Origin: Bacteroidota bacterium
Lineage (GTDB): Bacteria > Bacteroidota > Bacteroidia > JAADEI01 > JALVCQ01
Assembly (NCBI GenBank): GCA_027009805.1
Contig: JALVCQ010000036.1
Coordinates: 1 to 41,399 of the forward strand
Reading direction: 5' to 3'
DNA: 41,399 bases
Part shown: positions 7,279 to 16,982 of the stretch, in pieces
Layout of the letters: every line of letters starts with the position of its first letter
How positions within the stretch are numbered: the first letter of the stretch is position 1
The notes under the pieces: generated by a model
The model's input: the letters and a program-made list of their open reading frames with translations, nothing else
Told to the model about the DNA's origin: nothing
Database searches by the model: none
Program-made: the position numbers and the translations under genes

Positions 7279-9670
7279 CATTCAATATATCGGCGAATGG
7301 TTGTGGGCGGCCTATGCGGGTAAGGGCGCCGTTGCGGCGGCGTTGGCCTTGGCGGTGCTGGGCGTGGCGGCGGGCTTGCGCGCCTATTTTTATCCGGACG
7401 ACCGCTGGGCGCGCCCTATCCTGCGGGCGGCGGTGTGGGGTCATTTCCTGTCGGTGGCGGCCATCGGCGCCGTCCTCTACGTGTTAATCCTGAACCATCG
7501 GTTCGAGTTTCAATATGTCTGGCAACACAGCTCGCGGGCGTTGCCGCTGAAATACGTCATCTCATCGCTCTGGGAAGGGCAGGAAGGCAGTTTCTGGCTG
7601 TGGACGTTCTGGAACAGCGTGCTGCTGTTGTTTCTGGTGCGTCGGAACTATGCGGTTACGTGGGGAGCGGCCGTGGTGGTGTTTTTGGGCCAGGTGATGT
7701 TCCTGTCGATGTTGCTGGGCGTCAAAATCGGCGACATTACCATCGGCATCAATCCCTTTCTGTTGCTTCGGGAGACGATGGCCGCGCCCATCTTTTCCCG
7801 ACCCGACTACGTGTCGTTGATTCAAGACGGGACGGGCCTGAATCCGCTGTTGCAGAGCTACTGGATGGTCATCCACCCGCCGGTGTTGTTTTTGGGGTTT
7901 GCATCCGCCGGCATTCCCTTTGCGCTGGTGGCGGCCATGCTGATGAAAAAGGGCGTTCCACACTGGCTGCCGTGGACGCAGCGCTGGGCGCTGGTGGGCG
8001 GTGCTTTTCTGGGATTGGGCATCTTGCTGGGTGCGCTCTGGGCCTATGAAGCGCTCAACTTCGGCGGCTACTGGGCCTGGGATCCGGTGGAAAACAGCTC
8101 GCTGGTGCCCTGGCTGGTATTGGTGGCCGGCATTCACATGTTGCTCATCTATCAGGCTCGGCGGGCGTATCTGCGGCTGACGTTGTTCTTTTTAATGGCC
8201 GTCTATTGGCTCCTGCTCTATTCGACGTTCCTGACCCGAAGCGGTGTGTTGGGAAATGCATCGGTTCACAGCTTCACGGATATGGGGCTGGGCGGTCAGC
8301 TGATTTTCTGGCTGGCTTTTTTCGTCCTCTTGGGCACCGGCCTGTATGTGCGACGCTGGAAAGATCTCCGCGGCAAAGACATTCAAGAGAGCTTATATAG
8401 TCGGGAGTTCTGGATGTATATCGGCGCGCTTATCGTCTTTCTTTCGTCCTTTCACATCATCGTGGTGACGTCGCTGCCGGTGATCAACAAAGTGCTGGGC
8501 ACCCATCTGGCCCCACCTACGGATGCCATTCAGCACTACAATCGGGTGCAGCTGCCCTTTGCAGTGATCATCCTGCTTCTGACCGCCGCGGGCATGTTCT
8601 TGGAATATCGGCGGACGCCGTCCGGCGTCTTCCTTCGGCGGCTGGGGATGACGGTGCTGATGGGATTGCTGATCACCATCACCGCCGAATGGGCCTGGCA
8701 GCTGAACACATGGGCTTACCGGTTGCTGTCGTTTGCGGGATGGACGGCTGCGATCGGGAATGGATGGATTCTGTGGGGATATCTTCGAAAGAAACGTTTT
8801 CGGCTCATCGGCGGCGCACTCTCCCACACCGGCCTGGCGGTGATGGTGTTGGGCGTGCTGGTTTCCTCGGCCAAAAAAGAGGTGATCTCCCGCAACACCG
8901 CAGGGGTGGACTTCGGCGACAACTTCTCCGTGCAATCCAAGCTGGAAAACGTGTTGATTTATCGGGATTCCACGGCATTGGTGGGGCCCTATCAGGTCCG
9001 ATTCTCGGGAACGCGATGGGAGGCGCCGCAGACCTACTATCGGGTGGACTTCGCCGACACCGCCGGCCGGGAGTCCTTTACCCTCTATCCGTCGGCGCAG
9101 ATTTCAAAGAACATGGGTCTCGTGGCCAGTCCCGACATCCAGAAATGGTGGGATCATGACCTGTATGTGCACATCACGGCCATCCCCGACACTTCCGACC
9201 CTGCGTTTCATGCCCGCATTCTGGCGGCCGACACCTTGCTGATGGCGCCTATCGACACCTTTACGTGGCGGCATTATCAAGTGCGGACGGAAGGGCTGTT
9301 TCAACCGGAGGATGAATCACTTTCCGACACCGCCATCCGGACCCGCCTACTGATGGTGCTGGAAGACACGCTGAGGCAAAACCGGCTGATGCTGGCCCCG
9401 GAATGGCACCTTCAAGGACGATTGGTGATGACGGTGCCCGATATGGACAGCCATCAGACTGTGCAGGCCGAGCTGTTGCAAATTCTTCCCGAACAACAGC
9501 GGCTGCGCGTTGTGCTGGCTGCACTTCAACCACCGAGCCGCCCTTACATCATCCTGAAAGCCATTGCTTTCCCGTTCATCAACCTGTTGTGGTTGGGAGG
9601 TGTGCTGATGTTGCTTGGATTCGGCGCGGCCGCCTATGGTCGAAAGCTTCCGAAAGGGAAAGCTGCGTAA
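7271..9670 (+). CDS. ccmF: Cytochrome c heme lyase subunit CcmF
   Basis: 799 aa with many TM segments and the WWD motif GGYWAWDPVENSSLVPW. Overlaps the ccmE stop by 8 nt. Confidence 0.9.
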   Translation: MSDIQYIGEWLWAAYAGKGAVAAALALAVLGVAAGLRAYFYPDDRWARPILRAAVWGHFLSVAAIGAVLYVLILNHRFEFQYVWQHSSRALPLKYVISSLWEGQEGSFWLWTFWNSVLLLFLVRRNYAVTWGAAVVVFLGQVMFLSMLLGVKIGDITIGINPFLLLRETMAAPIFSRPDYVSLIQDGTGLNPLLQSYWMVIHPPVLFLGFASAGIPFALVAAMLMKKGVPHWLPWTQRWALVGGAFLGLGILLGALWAYEALNFGGYWAWDPVENSSLVPWLVLVAGIHMLLIYQARRAYLRLTLFFLMAVYWLLLYSTFLTRSGVLGNASVHSFTDMGLGGQLIFWLAFFVLLGTGLYVRRWKDLRGKDIQESLYSREFWMYIGALIVFLSSFHIIVVTSLPVINKVLGTHLAPPTDAIQHYNRVQLPFAVIILLLTAAGMFLEYRRTPSGVFLRRLGMTVLMGLLITITAEWAWQLNTWAYRLLSFAGWTAAIGNGWILWGYLRKKRFRLIGGALSHTGLAVMVLGVLVSSAKKEVISRNTAGVDFGDNFSVQSKLENVLIYRDSTALVGPYQVRFSGTRWEAPQTYYRVDFADTAGRESFTLYPSAQISKNMGLVASPDIQKWWDHDLYVHITAIPDTSDPAFHARILAADTLLMAPIDTFTWRHYQVRTEGLFQPEDESLSDTAIRTRLLMVLEDTLRQNRLMLAPEWHLQGRLVMTVPDMDSHQTVQAELLQILPEQQRLRVVLAALQPPSRPYIILKAIAFPFINLLWLGGVLMLLGFGAAAYGRKLPKGKAA

Positions 9671-9690
9671 TATTGCCGATGGTGGGACGT

Positions 9691-9698
9691 TACTTTTG
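9691..9698 (+). promoter_or_regulatory. Candidate -7 box TACTTTTG upstream of the LEA_2 lipoprotein gene
   Basis: Perfect TAnnTTTG match in the 61-nt gap after ccmF. It ends 33 nt before the ATG at 9732. Confidence 0.3.
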
Positions 9699-9731
9699 TG
9701 ACGCTGAAAAAGAGATAAAAATCAACGCATC

Positions 9732-10583
9732 ATGAGACCTATTCGCTTCGTCGGCTTTGCCGTTGTCACCGGCGGCCTCCTCATCGCAGGCTGTCAGACC
9801 CTGCGTCAGATGGCGCATCCGGAAGTAAGATTCAAAGACCTGAAAGTCAAAAAGCTGGATTTCGAGGGGATTACGCTGGCCGCACATCTGGGCGTGAAGA
9901 ATCCGCTTCCGGTGAACATTCCCGTGGCCAAGACCGAATATCAGTTTATGGTGGAAGGAAAACCTTTCATTCAAGGGACGGAAGACCGGCAAACCATCGT
10001 AGGAAGCGGGCAGGAATCGGTCATTGAGCTTCCGGTCCGCTTTCAATGGCGCACGCTTTACCGGACGGTCAAATCGCTTGCCAAGCAAGACAGCTTTGCT
10101 TATACCCTGAAAGGAAAGATGCACCTTCGCCTTGGCGAACAGCAATCGGTGGCGGTGCCTTTCGAGCGGGCGGGAAAATTGCCCGTGGTGCGCATGCCCA
10201 AACTGGAAATGCAAGACGCCCGCATCATGCATGCCGGCACCGACTTTGTGGAGATCGCCGCCCAGGTCGGCGTGCATAATCCGAATCCTTTCCCGCTGTT
10301 CATCACCGCTGTGAAAGGGGAAGCCATGGTGGGCGACATTCGTGGAATCCGCCTTCATTCGGGCGAGGAAATCGACATTCCCGGGAAGGAAGCCCGTCCG
10401 ATCACCCTTCGGATGCGCATCGACCTGCGGGACCTGGGGCTGGCCGCCGTCCGCATGTTTATGGGCAATCAGCTTCCTTCTTTTCTTTTACAAGGTAAAT
10501 TGATAGGACAACTGCCCATCAAGGAATTGTCGAACCCGACGGTGACCGTTCCTTTGAAGTTGGAGGGGAAACTTCGGAAATAA
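9732..10583 (+). CDS. Lipoprotein with two LEA_2 (LEA14/WHy-like) domains
   Basis: 283 aa with signal peptide plus lipobox LLIAGC. Two beta-rich halves have LEA_2-like patterns (GVKNPLPVNIPV and GVHNPNPFPLFI). Confidence 0.6.
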   Translation: MRPIRFVGFAVVTGGLLIAGCQTLRQMAHPEVRFKDLKVKKLDFEGITLAAHLGVKNPLPVNIPVAKTEYQFMVEGKPFIQGTEDRQTIVGSGQESVIELPVRFQWRTLYRTVKSLAKQDSFAYTLKGKMHLRLGEQQSVAVPFERAGKLPVVRMPKLEMQDARIMHAGTDFVEIAAQVGVHNPNPFPLFITAVKGEAMVGDIRGIRLHSGEEIDIPGKEARPITLRMRIDLRDLGLAAVRMFMGNQLPSFLLQGKLIGQLPIKELSNPTVTVPLKLEGKLRK

Positions 10584-10590
10584 GCGACGG

Positions 10591-11106
10591 ATGGGCATCA
10601 GGGTGGGGATTCTGAGTGACACACACGGCCATATCGACGAAGGGATCTTGCGACATCTGTCGGAATGTGATGAGATCTGGCACGCCGGCGACATCGACAG
10701 TCCGGTGGTATTGGATGCACTCGAAGGACTGGGGGGCACGGTGCGCGCCGTTCACGGCAATGTGGACGGGCCGGAAATCCGATCGCTGGCACCGCCTTAT
10801 CAAGCATTCACCGTCGAGGGGCTCCGGATCTTTATCACCCACATCGCCGGCTACGGCGATCGCATGCCTGCCGAACTGCTGTCTTACTATCAAGAACACC
10901 CCTTTGACGTGTTGGTGTGTGGACATACGCACGTGCTGAAAGTGCAACGGATGACGCCGGGCAGCGTGCTTTACATCAACCCCGGGGCCTGCGGTTTTTT
11001 CGGTCCGCATCGGGTGCGGACGTTACTGGTGGGCACCCTTGAAAACCGTCGATTCACCGAGCTCTCAGCCATCGAGCTGGGACCACGCACTCCCCATGCG
11101 GATTGA
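10591..11106 (+). CDS. YfcE/MJ0936-family metallophosphoesterase
   Basis: 171 aa with motifs LSDTHGH, WHAGDI, HGNVD, ITHIAG and CGHTH. Confidence 0.85.
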   Translation: MGIRVGILSDTHGHIDEGILRHLSECDEIWHAGDIDSPVVLDALEGLGGTVRAVHGNVDGPEIRSLAPPYQAFTVEGLRIFITHIAGYGDRMPAELLSYYQEHPFDVLVCGHTHVLKVQRMTPGSVLYINPGACGFFGPHRVRTLLVGTLENRRFTELSAIELGPRTPHAD

Positions 11107-11812
11107 CGTTATCTGCCTTTTTCCTCACCTGCTAACGCCTTTTCTACAAGAAGGCGTCATCGGGAAGGCGCTGGCATCGGGAAAAGCCGCCGTGCACCTG
11201 CATAATCTATTCGACGACGCTTTGCCGGGCGGCCGACACAAGCGCCAGGTGGACGACTACCCTTACGGGGGCGGCGCAGGCATGATCTTACGGCCCGAGC
11301 CGCTGGCCGCCGTGCTCGACCGGCTGCTGGCCGCCCGCCGCTACGACGAAGTAATTTATCTCACCGCCGACGGCGAAGTGTTCACGCAGGGCCTCGCCAA
11401 CGAACTGTCGCTCAGAAGAAACTTGATTCTCATCTGCGGGCGCTATAAAGGAATCGACCAGCGCATTCGCGACCTTTACGTGACCCGCGAGCTTTCGATC
11501 GGCGACTATGTGATCAGCGGCGGTGAACCGGCTGCGGCGGTGGTCATCGATGCGGTGGTGCGGCTGTTGCCGGGGGTGTTGGGGGATGAGACGGCGGCGC
11601 TTTCCGATTCCTTTCAGGATGGTCTGCTGGACCCGCCGTGGTACACCCGCCCGCCGGAATTTAAGGGGTTGCAAGTGCCGGACGTTTTGCTGTCAGGCAA
11701 TCATCCGGCTATCGAGCAGTGGCGCCTCGAACAGGCCATGAAAAAAACCCGACAGCGGCGACCCGATCTATGGAAACGCTGGGAAACCTCGCACAAAGAG
11801 AGGAAAGAATAA
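11096..11812 (+). CDS. trmD: tRNA (guanine37-N1)-methyltransferase
   Basis: Start at ATG 11096 ([13 protein letters not shown]). TrmD motifs include [10 protein letters not shown] and [11 protein letters not shown]. Confidence 0.92.
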   Translation: MRIDVICLFPHLLTPFLQEGVIGKALASGKAAVHLHNLFDDALPGGRHKRQVDDYPYGGGAGMILRPEPLAAVLDRLLAARRYDEVIYLTADGEVFTQGLANELSLRRNLILICGRYKGIDQRIRDLYVTRELSIGDYVISGGEPAAAVVIDAVVRLLPGVLGDETAALSDSFQDGLLDPPWYTRPPEFKGLQVPDVLLSGNHPAIEQWRLEQAMKKTRQRRPDLWKRWETSHKERKE

Positions 11813-11815
11813 TCC

Positions 11816-12508
11816 TCAACCTTCGGGACGGCTTTCATATGCGGCCCATGCCCGGGCCAGGGCCCAATCTTGTTCGGTGGTAATCTTAAAGTTCAACCGG
11901 CTTCCCTCATACAGCGACACCGGATACATGGCGGCCTCGACCACGGCGGCGTCATCCGTGAAGTGGGGCTGATAGGGCTGCTGATAAGCTGCGTAGAGCC
12001 GGCCGTACCGGAAAAGCTGGGGCGTTTGCACCATACGGAGATGCGCTCGGGGAAAGGGTTTCCATTCTTGCAGCTGGTGGATGCGCATCGAGTCGTAGGG
12101 CGGAACGGCGGGGACGGCGGCGCCTGTCTTCATCACCTGTTGAAGGCCGCGCCGGATGAGGGGACGATCCACGAAAGGACGGGCGGCATCGTGGACGGCC
12201 ACAATGTCGTCTTCTTTGGCGGTTTCGGCCAGCCGTTCAATGCCGCTTTTGACAGAGAAAAAACGTTCTTTTCCGGCAGGTGCCCAGTAGATTTTTTCAG
12301 TTGGAAAGAAACGGGCGCCGGCCTTGGTGATGCGGTCTTGATGGTCGGGATGGGTGACCACCACCAGGCGAAACCCTTCGGCAGCAAAAGGACCAGCCGC
12401 CCACACCCACACCGGCATGCCATTCAGGAGGCGGAATTGCTTGGGAACATTTCCCTTCATGCGGGCGCCCACACCGCCCGCCACGATAACGGCCCAGCGG
12501 GTCGGCAT
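11816..12508 (-). CDS. ispD: 2-C-methyl-D-erythritol 4-phosphate cytidylyltransferase
   Basis: 230 aa with N-terminal AVIVAGGVGARM..PKQF and VHDAARPF. The start overlaps the queA stop by 1 nt. Confidence 0.9.
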   Translation of the reverse strand: MPTRWAVIVAGGVGARMKGNVPKQFRLLNGMPVWVWAAGPFAAEGFRLVVVTHPDHQDRITKAGARFFPTEKIYWAPAGKERFFSVKSGIERLAETAKEDDIVAVHDAARPFVDRPLIRRGLQQVMKTGAAVPAVPPYDSMRIHQLQEWKPFPRAHLRMVQTPQLFRYGRLYAAYQQPYQPHFTDDAAVVEAAMYPVSLYEGSRLNFKITTEQDWALARAWAAYESRPEG

Positions 12509-13572
12509 CAGAGGATCAGCATGGTGTCGCCGTATTCACCGAAGCGATAGCCCTCTTTGATGGCTTCTTGATAGGCTTTTTTGATCAGGGGTCGTCCGCC
12601 GAAGGTGGCCGCCATGATAAAGAACGGCGTCTTGGGGAAGTGGAAGTTGGTCACGAGCCCGGTGATGATAGGCGACTGGTAGGGCGGGAAGAAGAAGCGT
12701 TCGGTCCACCCTTCGTGTTCGCGCAGAAGGTTGTCGGCGGAGAGGCTGGCATCGACGGCCCGCCACGTCGAGATGCCCACGGCGATGATGCGGCGTTTGT
12801 TCAGCTTGGCCTCGTTGACGATGCGGGCGGTTTCGGCCGGCACGTGGAACCACTCAGCATCGAGGGTGTGCTTGACGAGGTTTTCGACCTCGATGCGCCG
12901 GTAGGCGCTGATGCCCATGTGGAGTGTGACTTCGGCGAAGTGAACGTCTTTGACGTGAAACCACTTCATCAACTCCCGACTGATGTGGAAGCCCGCCGAA
13001 GGCGGGACGATGGCGGCGGGATATTTGGCGAAGATGGTATGGAAATAAACTTCATCAATCTCGTTGGGTCGGCGCTGAATGTAATACGGCAGGGGAAGTT
13101 CGCCGACTTTGTCGATGAGGGCGTAAAACTCTTCGGGCGTGCGGTCGTAAAGGAATTTGATGGTTCGGCCGCGGGAGGTGGTGTTGTCGATGACTTCGGC
13201 TTCGAGGACAAGTTCGTCGGCGGCGGGATCGCCGAAGTAAAGCTTGTTTCCGGTTCGGATTTTTCGGGCGGGTTCGACGATGGTGTCCCAGATATACTCA
13301 TCGGGGTCGATTTCCCGCATCAGGATGATGCTGACGTCGGCGTTGGTTTTTTCTTTTTTCCCGCGAAGGCGGGCTTTAAATACCTTGGAGTTGTTGGCGA
13401 CGATGACGTCGCGGGGGGCCAGGTATTCGACGATGTGTTTGAATTTCCGGTGTTCGATTTTTCCGGAGTCTCGATGGACCACCATCATGCGGCATTCGTC
13501 CCGAAACTCTTCGGGGTCTTGGGCGATAAGTTCCAGCGGCAGATCGAACGAATAGAAAGAGAGCTTGGGCAT
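12508..13572 (-). CDS. queA: S-adenosylmethionine:tRNA ribosyltransferase-isomerase
   Basis: 354 aa. N-terminal FDLPLELIAQDP, GFHISRELM and the C-terminal RFGEYGDTMLI are typical of QueA. Confidence 0.93.
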   Translation of the reverse strand: MPKLSFYSFDLPLELIAQDPEEFRDECRMMVVHRDSGKIEHRKFKHIVEYLAPRDVIVANNSKVFKARLRGKKEKTNADVSIILMREIDPDEYIWDTIVEPARKIRTGNKLYFGDPAADELVLEAEVIDNTTSRGRTIKFLYDRTPEEFYALIDKVGELPLPYYIQRRPNEIDEVYFHTIFAKYPAAIVPPSAGFHISRELMKWFHVKDVHFAEVTLHMGISAYRRIEVENLVKHTLDAEWFHVPAETARIVNEAKLNKRRIIAVGISTWRAVDASLSADNLLREHEGWTERFFFPPYQSPIITGLVTNFHFPKTPFFIMAATFGGRPLIKKAYQEAIKEGYRFGEYGDTMLIL

Positions 13573-13757
13573 ACAACAGGCGCTTTGGCGAAATAAACGG
13601 GGCGAAAATACAAGATCGTTCCCATGGGCGGATAATCAGGCGGGAGATGGATAGGGATTCCGTAGGAGAGAAGGAAAGGCATGCCCGCCTCTGGACCGGA
13701 TGCCGGGCGTCGTTTTTCAGGCAAAGGCCGTTACTTTGTCTGAAAAGAAAGGTGCAG

Positions 13758-14933
13758 ATGGGGTGGCGCCAAAAGTTTCTGTCGTATCTGGCCCAGACCA
13801 CCGATATGCCGATGTTGGTGGAGGTGTCGCATGCCGAAGGGAACTTCATTTACGGCCCGGATGGAAAAGCTTATCTGGACCTTATCTCGGGGATCGGGGT
13901 GTCGTCGGTGGGGCATCATCATCCTGCGGTGGTGAAGGCGGTTCAAGCGCAGGCGGCGTCGCATGCGCACGTGATGGTGTATGGTGAGTTTGTTCAGCCG
14001 GTCCAGATTCGGCTGGCGGAGCGGCTGCTTGAGAAGTTGGGGCCGCCTTTCGAGCAGGTTTATCTGGTCAATTCGGGCAGTGAAGCTGTGGAAGGGGCGC
14101 TTAAGCTGGCGCGGCGCTACACGGGTCGGCCGTGGATTGCGTTTTTCGACCATGCCTATCACGGGAGCACGGCGGGTGCGCTTTCAGTGGCGGGGGCGTC
14201 GTGGCTGGCGCGGGGCTATCGGCCCGTGACGCCGGGGACACGCCGCCTTCCCTTTAACGACATCGCAGCGCTGGAAACTATCGACAAACACACGGCGGCG
14301 GTCATTATTGAGCCCGTTCAGGGCGAGGCGGGCGCCCGGCCGGCCGATCCGGCCTTTTTGGCCGCGTTGCGGCGGCGGTGTGATGAGACCGGTGCCCTGC
14401 TCGTCTTCGACGAGGTGCAAACGGGAATGGGACGCACAGGCCGCTGGTTTGCCTTTCAAGCATACGATGTGGTTCCCGACATCATCGTGTTGGGGAAGGC
14501 CCTGGGCGGCGGCTACCCGCTGGCGGCCTTCGCCGCCCGCCGGTCGGTGATGGAAGTGCTGACGCACGACCCGATGCTCGGACACATCACCACGTTCGGC
14601 GGTCATCCGGTGTCGTGTGCGGCGGCGCTGGCCGCCATGGAGGTGATGGAAGCGGAAAAGCTGATGGAAGGCGTGGCGGAGAAAGAGCGGATTTTCCGTG
14701 AGGTGTTGCCGGATGTCCGCGGTCAGGGGCTGCTGTTGAGTGTTCCGACCGATTCGTTTGCCCACACCAAAGCTGCCATAGCCCGCCTGCTGGACGCCGG
14801 CGTTATCACCGACTGGTTCTTATTCGAACAGTGTCGGCTTCGGATAGCGCCCCCGCTGACACTGACGCCGGGGGAAGCCCGGGATGCCGCGCGGGTGCTT
14901 CGAGACGCCATCGAAGCCACGCGGGAAAGATGA
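13758..14933 (+). CDS. Class-III (acetylornithine/GABA-type) PLP-dependent aminotransferase
   Basis: Start moved to ATG 13758 (MGWRQKFLSYLAQT...), which fits the usual family N-terminus. Motifs: SGSEAVEGALKLAR, FDEVQTGMGRTG, and a PLP-Lys in VLGKALGGG. Confidence 0.88.
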   Translation: MGWRQKFLSYLAQTTDMPMLVEVSHAEGNFIYGPDGKAYLDLISGIGVSSVGHHHPAVVKAVQAQAASHAHVMVYGEFVQPVQIRLAERLLEKLGPPFEQVYLVNSGSEAVEGALKLARRYTGRPWIAFFDHAYHGSTAGALSVAGASWLARGYRPVTPGTRRLPFNDIAALETIDKHTAAVIIEPVQGEAGARPADPAFLAALRRRCDETGALLVFDEVQTGMGRTGRWFAFQAYDVVPDIIVLGKALGGGYPLAAFAARRSVMEVLTHDPMLGHITTFGGHPVSCAAALAAMEVMEAEKLMEGVAEKERIFREVLPDVRGQGLLLSVPTDSFAHTKAAIARLLDAGVITDWFLFEQCRLRIAPPLTLTPGEARDAARVLRDAIEATRER

Positions 14934-14994
14934 TGGAAGCGCCCATAGGAGCACGGCGTTACTGCGTCTTCCCGTAAATAACCCCTCCCGGCCG

Positions 14995-15010
14995 TCCCTT
15001 GAAAAGGGGA
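14995..15010 (+). terminator. Weak hairpin downstream of the aminotransferase gene
   Basis: tccctt-gaaa-agggga forms a 6-bp stem (one G-U pair) with a GAAA loop, 62 nt after the stop. There is no adjacent U tract. Confidence 0.2.
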
Positions 15011-15021
15011 AGAGTATCTGG

Positions 15022-15148
15022 TTTGCGTGAGGGGACCGAAGGGCGCCGAGCGTAAGCGAAGGCGGCCCGACCCGAAGGCGCCCGACCGCGCTCGTCGCCT
15101 GAGCGAAGTCGAAGGCAACGGGCGAAAGGCGCCGAAGGGACACGCCCT
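15022..15148 (-). repeat. GC-rich mosaic intergenic repeat, copy B (inverted orientation)
   Basis: Its reverse complement carries the same modules as copies A and C: 15022-15068 vs 165-213, 15064-15079 vs 7-22 (16/16), 15099-15114 vs 31225-31240 (15/16), and 15133-15148 vs 31150-31165 (15/16). It fills the convergent gap and overlaps the stop codon at 15147-15149. Confidence 0.75.
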
Positions 15149-16445
15149 ATTCTATATTATCTTCTTCCTCCGACGATGCGGCGGACGGTTCGGTTCGTTG
15201 GGCTTTCAGCAGTTCGATGCGGCGTTCGTTGCCGCGCATGACTTCGAACTCATAGGGCGGGATGGTCACCTTCTCGCCGGGGCGCGGGATGCGGCCGGCC
15301 TCGTGCACGATGAGGCCGCCGAGGGTCTGATAGTCGCCTTCGGGGAGGCCCATGCCGTATTTTTCGTTGAGATAATCGACTTCGAGGCGGGCGCTGAGCT
15401 CGTAGGTGTCGTCGCCCACTTTGCGCTCTCGGAGGCGGCGCTGGTCGAACTCGTCTCGGATGTCGCCGACCACTTCTTCGAGGATGTCCTCGAGCGTGAC
15501 GATACCGACGGGCGTGCCGTATTCATCGGTGACGACGGCCAGATTTTTATGTTCGGCGATCATCTTCCGGAGGGCCCGATCGGCCTTCATGGATTCGGGG
15601 AAGACGGGCGGCGTGATGAGGATGTCCCGAAGGTTGCGGGGCCGCGTGAACAGGCTGACGGCATGGACGTATCCGACGATGTTGGTGGGGTCGCCGTCAT
15701 AGACGACGATGCGGCTGAGGCCGTGTTCCCGAAAGCGCTGTCGGAGGGCTTCTTCGCCGGCGTTGATGTCGATATTGACCACTTCATTGCGGGGCACGAG
15801 GCAATCCCGCAGCCGGATGTCGGGAAATTCGAGGGCCCGCCGCACCATCAAGGCCGACTCGGAACGCTTCCGGCCGCGGGGCACGACCAGCAGATACCAG
15901 TCGCGAAGCGAGAAGGAGGAGCCTTCGTTGAGGTCCAAGCCGACCAGACGGCCCACGCCCTGAATGACCACTTGCACCAGCCAGAAAATCGGGTAAATAA
16001 GCAGATACCAGGCCGCCAAAAAAGGAACCAGGCGCAACAGCAGGCGCTCGGGCATCCGATAGAAAAGGGCCTTGGGAAAATATTCACCGAACAACAAAAC
16101 GATCAGGGTGGACAGCACGGTGGTCAGCCAAAAGTCAAGGGCGGGGCTCCATGCCGCGCCGTGGGCGACGGCCGCCGCCTGCACCACCCGGGCAAACAAA
16201 ATGGAAAAAACAACCAGCACCAGGTTGTTGCTGATCAGAATCAGCAAGATAAATCGGGAGGGATGGCTGAGCACTTTGGAGAGGAAGCGTCCGATCCATC
16301 CCGTCCGTCGGGCTTTCACCAGCAGATAAAGGCGATGGGCGGCATAGAACGCTATTTCGGAGCCGGAGAACACGGCCGAAAGCACAAGGGCTATCAATGC
16401 CCCCAGCCCCGCGCCCCATATGGTCGCTAACGGAACGTCATCCAT
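15147..16445 (-). CDS. CNNM/hemolysin-family protein (DUF21 - CBS pair - CorC_HlyC), GldE-like
   Basis: 432 aa with four N-terminal TM helices, a central CBS-pair region and a C-terminal CorC/HlyC-type domain (EGDYQTLGGLIVHEAGRIP). Confidence 0.85.
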   Translation of the reverse strand: MDDVPLATIWGAGLGALIALVLSAVFSGSEIAFYAAHRLYLLVKARRTGWIGRFLSKVLSHPSRFILLILISNNLVLVVFSILFARVVQAAAVAHGAAWSPALDFWLTTVLSTLIVLLFGEYFPKALFYRMPERLLLRLVPFLAAWYLLIYPIFWLVQVVIQGVGRLVGLDLNEGSSFSLRDWYLLVVPRGRKRSESALMVRRALEFPDIRLRDCLVPRNEVVNIDINAGEEALRQRFREHGLSRIVVYDGDPTNIVGYVHAVSLFTRPRNLRDILITPPVFPESMKADRALRKMIAEHKNLAVVTDEYGTPVGIVTLEDILEEVVGDIRDEFDQRRLRERKVGDDTYELSARLEVDYLNEKYGMGLPEGDYQTLGGLIVHEAGRIPRPGEKVTIPPYEFEVMRGNERRIELLKAQRTEPSAASSEEEDNIE

Positions 16446-16478
16446 GACTTCCCTGCCGGTCTATGCAAAGCGCTTTAT

Positions 16479-16982
16479 TCATTCTCCGAAAGAGATGAGC
16501 GGCTGGCCCTTTTCCACAGCCTGTCCGGGCGTCACGTGGATGGTTTTCACTACGCCGGGGCCTTCGGCTTTGATGATGTTTTCCATTTTCATGGCTTCGA
16601 GGACCAGCAACGGCGTGCCCTTTTCGACGGCCCGCCCTTCTTCCGCCATGACTTTGAGGACCAGCCCGGGCATAGCGGCTTTGAGGGTGGCCGATGCTGC
16701 TCGGCTTTTGCCTTTGGGGCGGAGGGTGTCGCGCAATTGGTCGAGGGGCGATCGGACGGTCACTTCGGCACTGAAAGGCCCCGATACCATTTCCCATCCG
16801 CCGTTCGATTTTCGGGCGGCCAGCAGCACCTGTCCTTCCTCATCGGTGATCTTCCAGCGCCCGTCGGGGAGGCGTTCGACCGTTCCTTTCCAGGGGCGGC
16901 CGTCCACCCGGAGCGTGCCGTTGCGCGCCTCGACGGCATGCGTCCTTCCCTCGATGTGAATTTGCCAGCTATGCCGCTCCAT
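16479..16982 (-). CDS. Biotin carboxyl carrier (biotinyl/lipoyl domain) protein
   Basis: 167 aa with a C-terminal biotinyl domain carrying the EAMKMEN biotinylation motif. No carboxylase partner gene is adjacent. Confidence 0.8.
   Translation of the reverse strand: MERHSWQIHIEGRTHAVEARNGTLRVDGRPWKGTVERLPDGRWKITDEEGQVLLAARKSNGGWEMVSGPFSAEVTVRSPLDQLRDTLRPKGKSRAASATLKAAMPGLVLKVMAEEGRAVEKGTPLLVLEAMKMENIIKAEGPGVVKTIHVTPGQAVEKGQPLISFGE

Noticed and set aside
15036-15140. Possible CRISPR-like or tandem array of CGAAGG-containing units.
   Set aside because: The units are only about 15 nt, irregularly spaced and partly overlapping, with no unique spacers of uniform length. No cas genes are present in the window.
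15027-16430. 467-aa ORF on the plus strand.
   Set aside because: It is antisense to the CNNM/GldE-like gene and starts inside repeat copy B. It has no recognisable domains.
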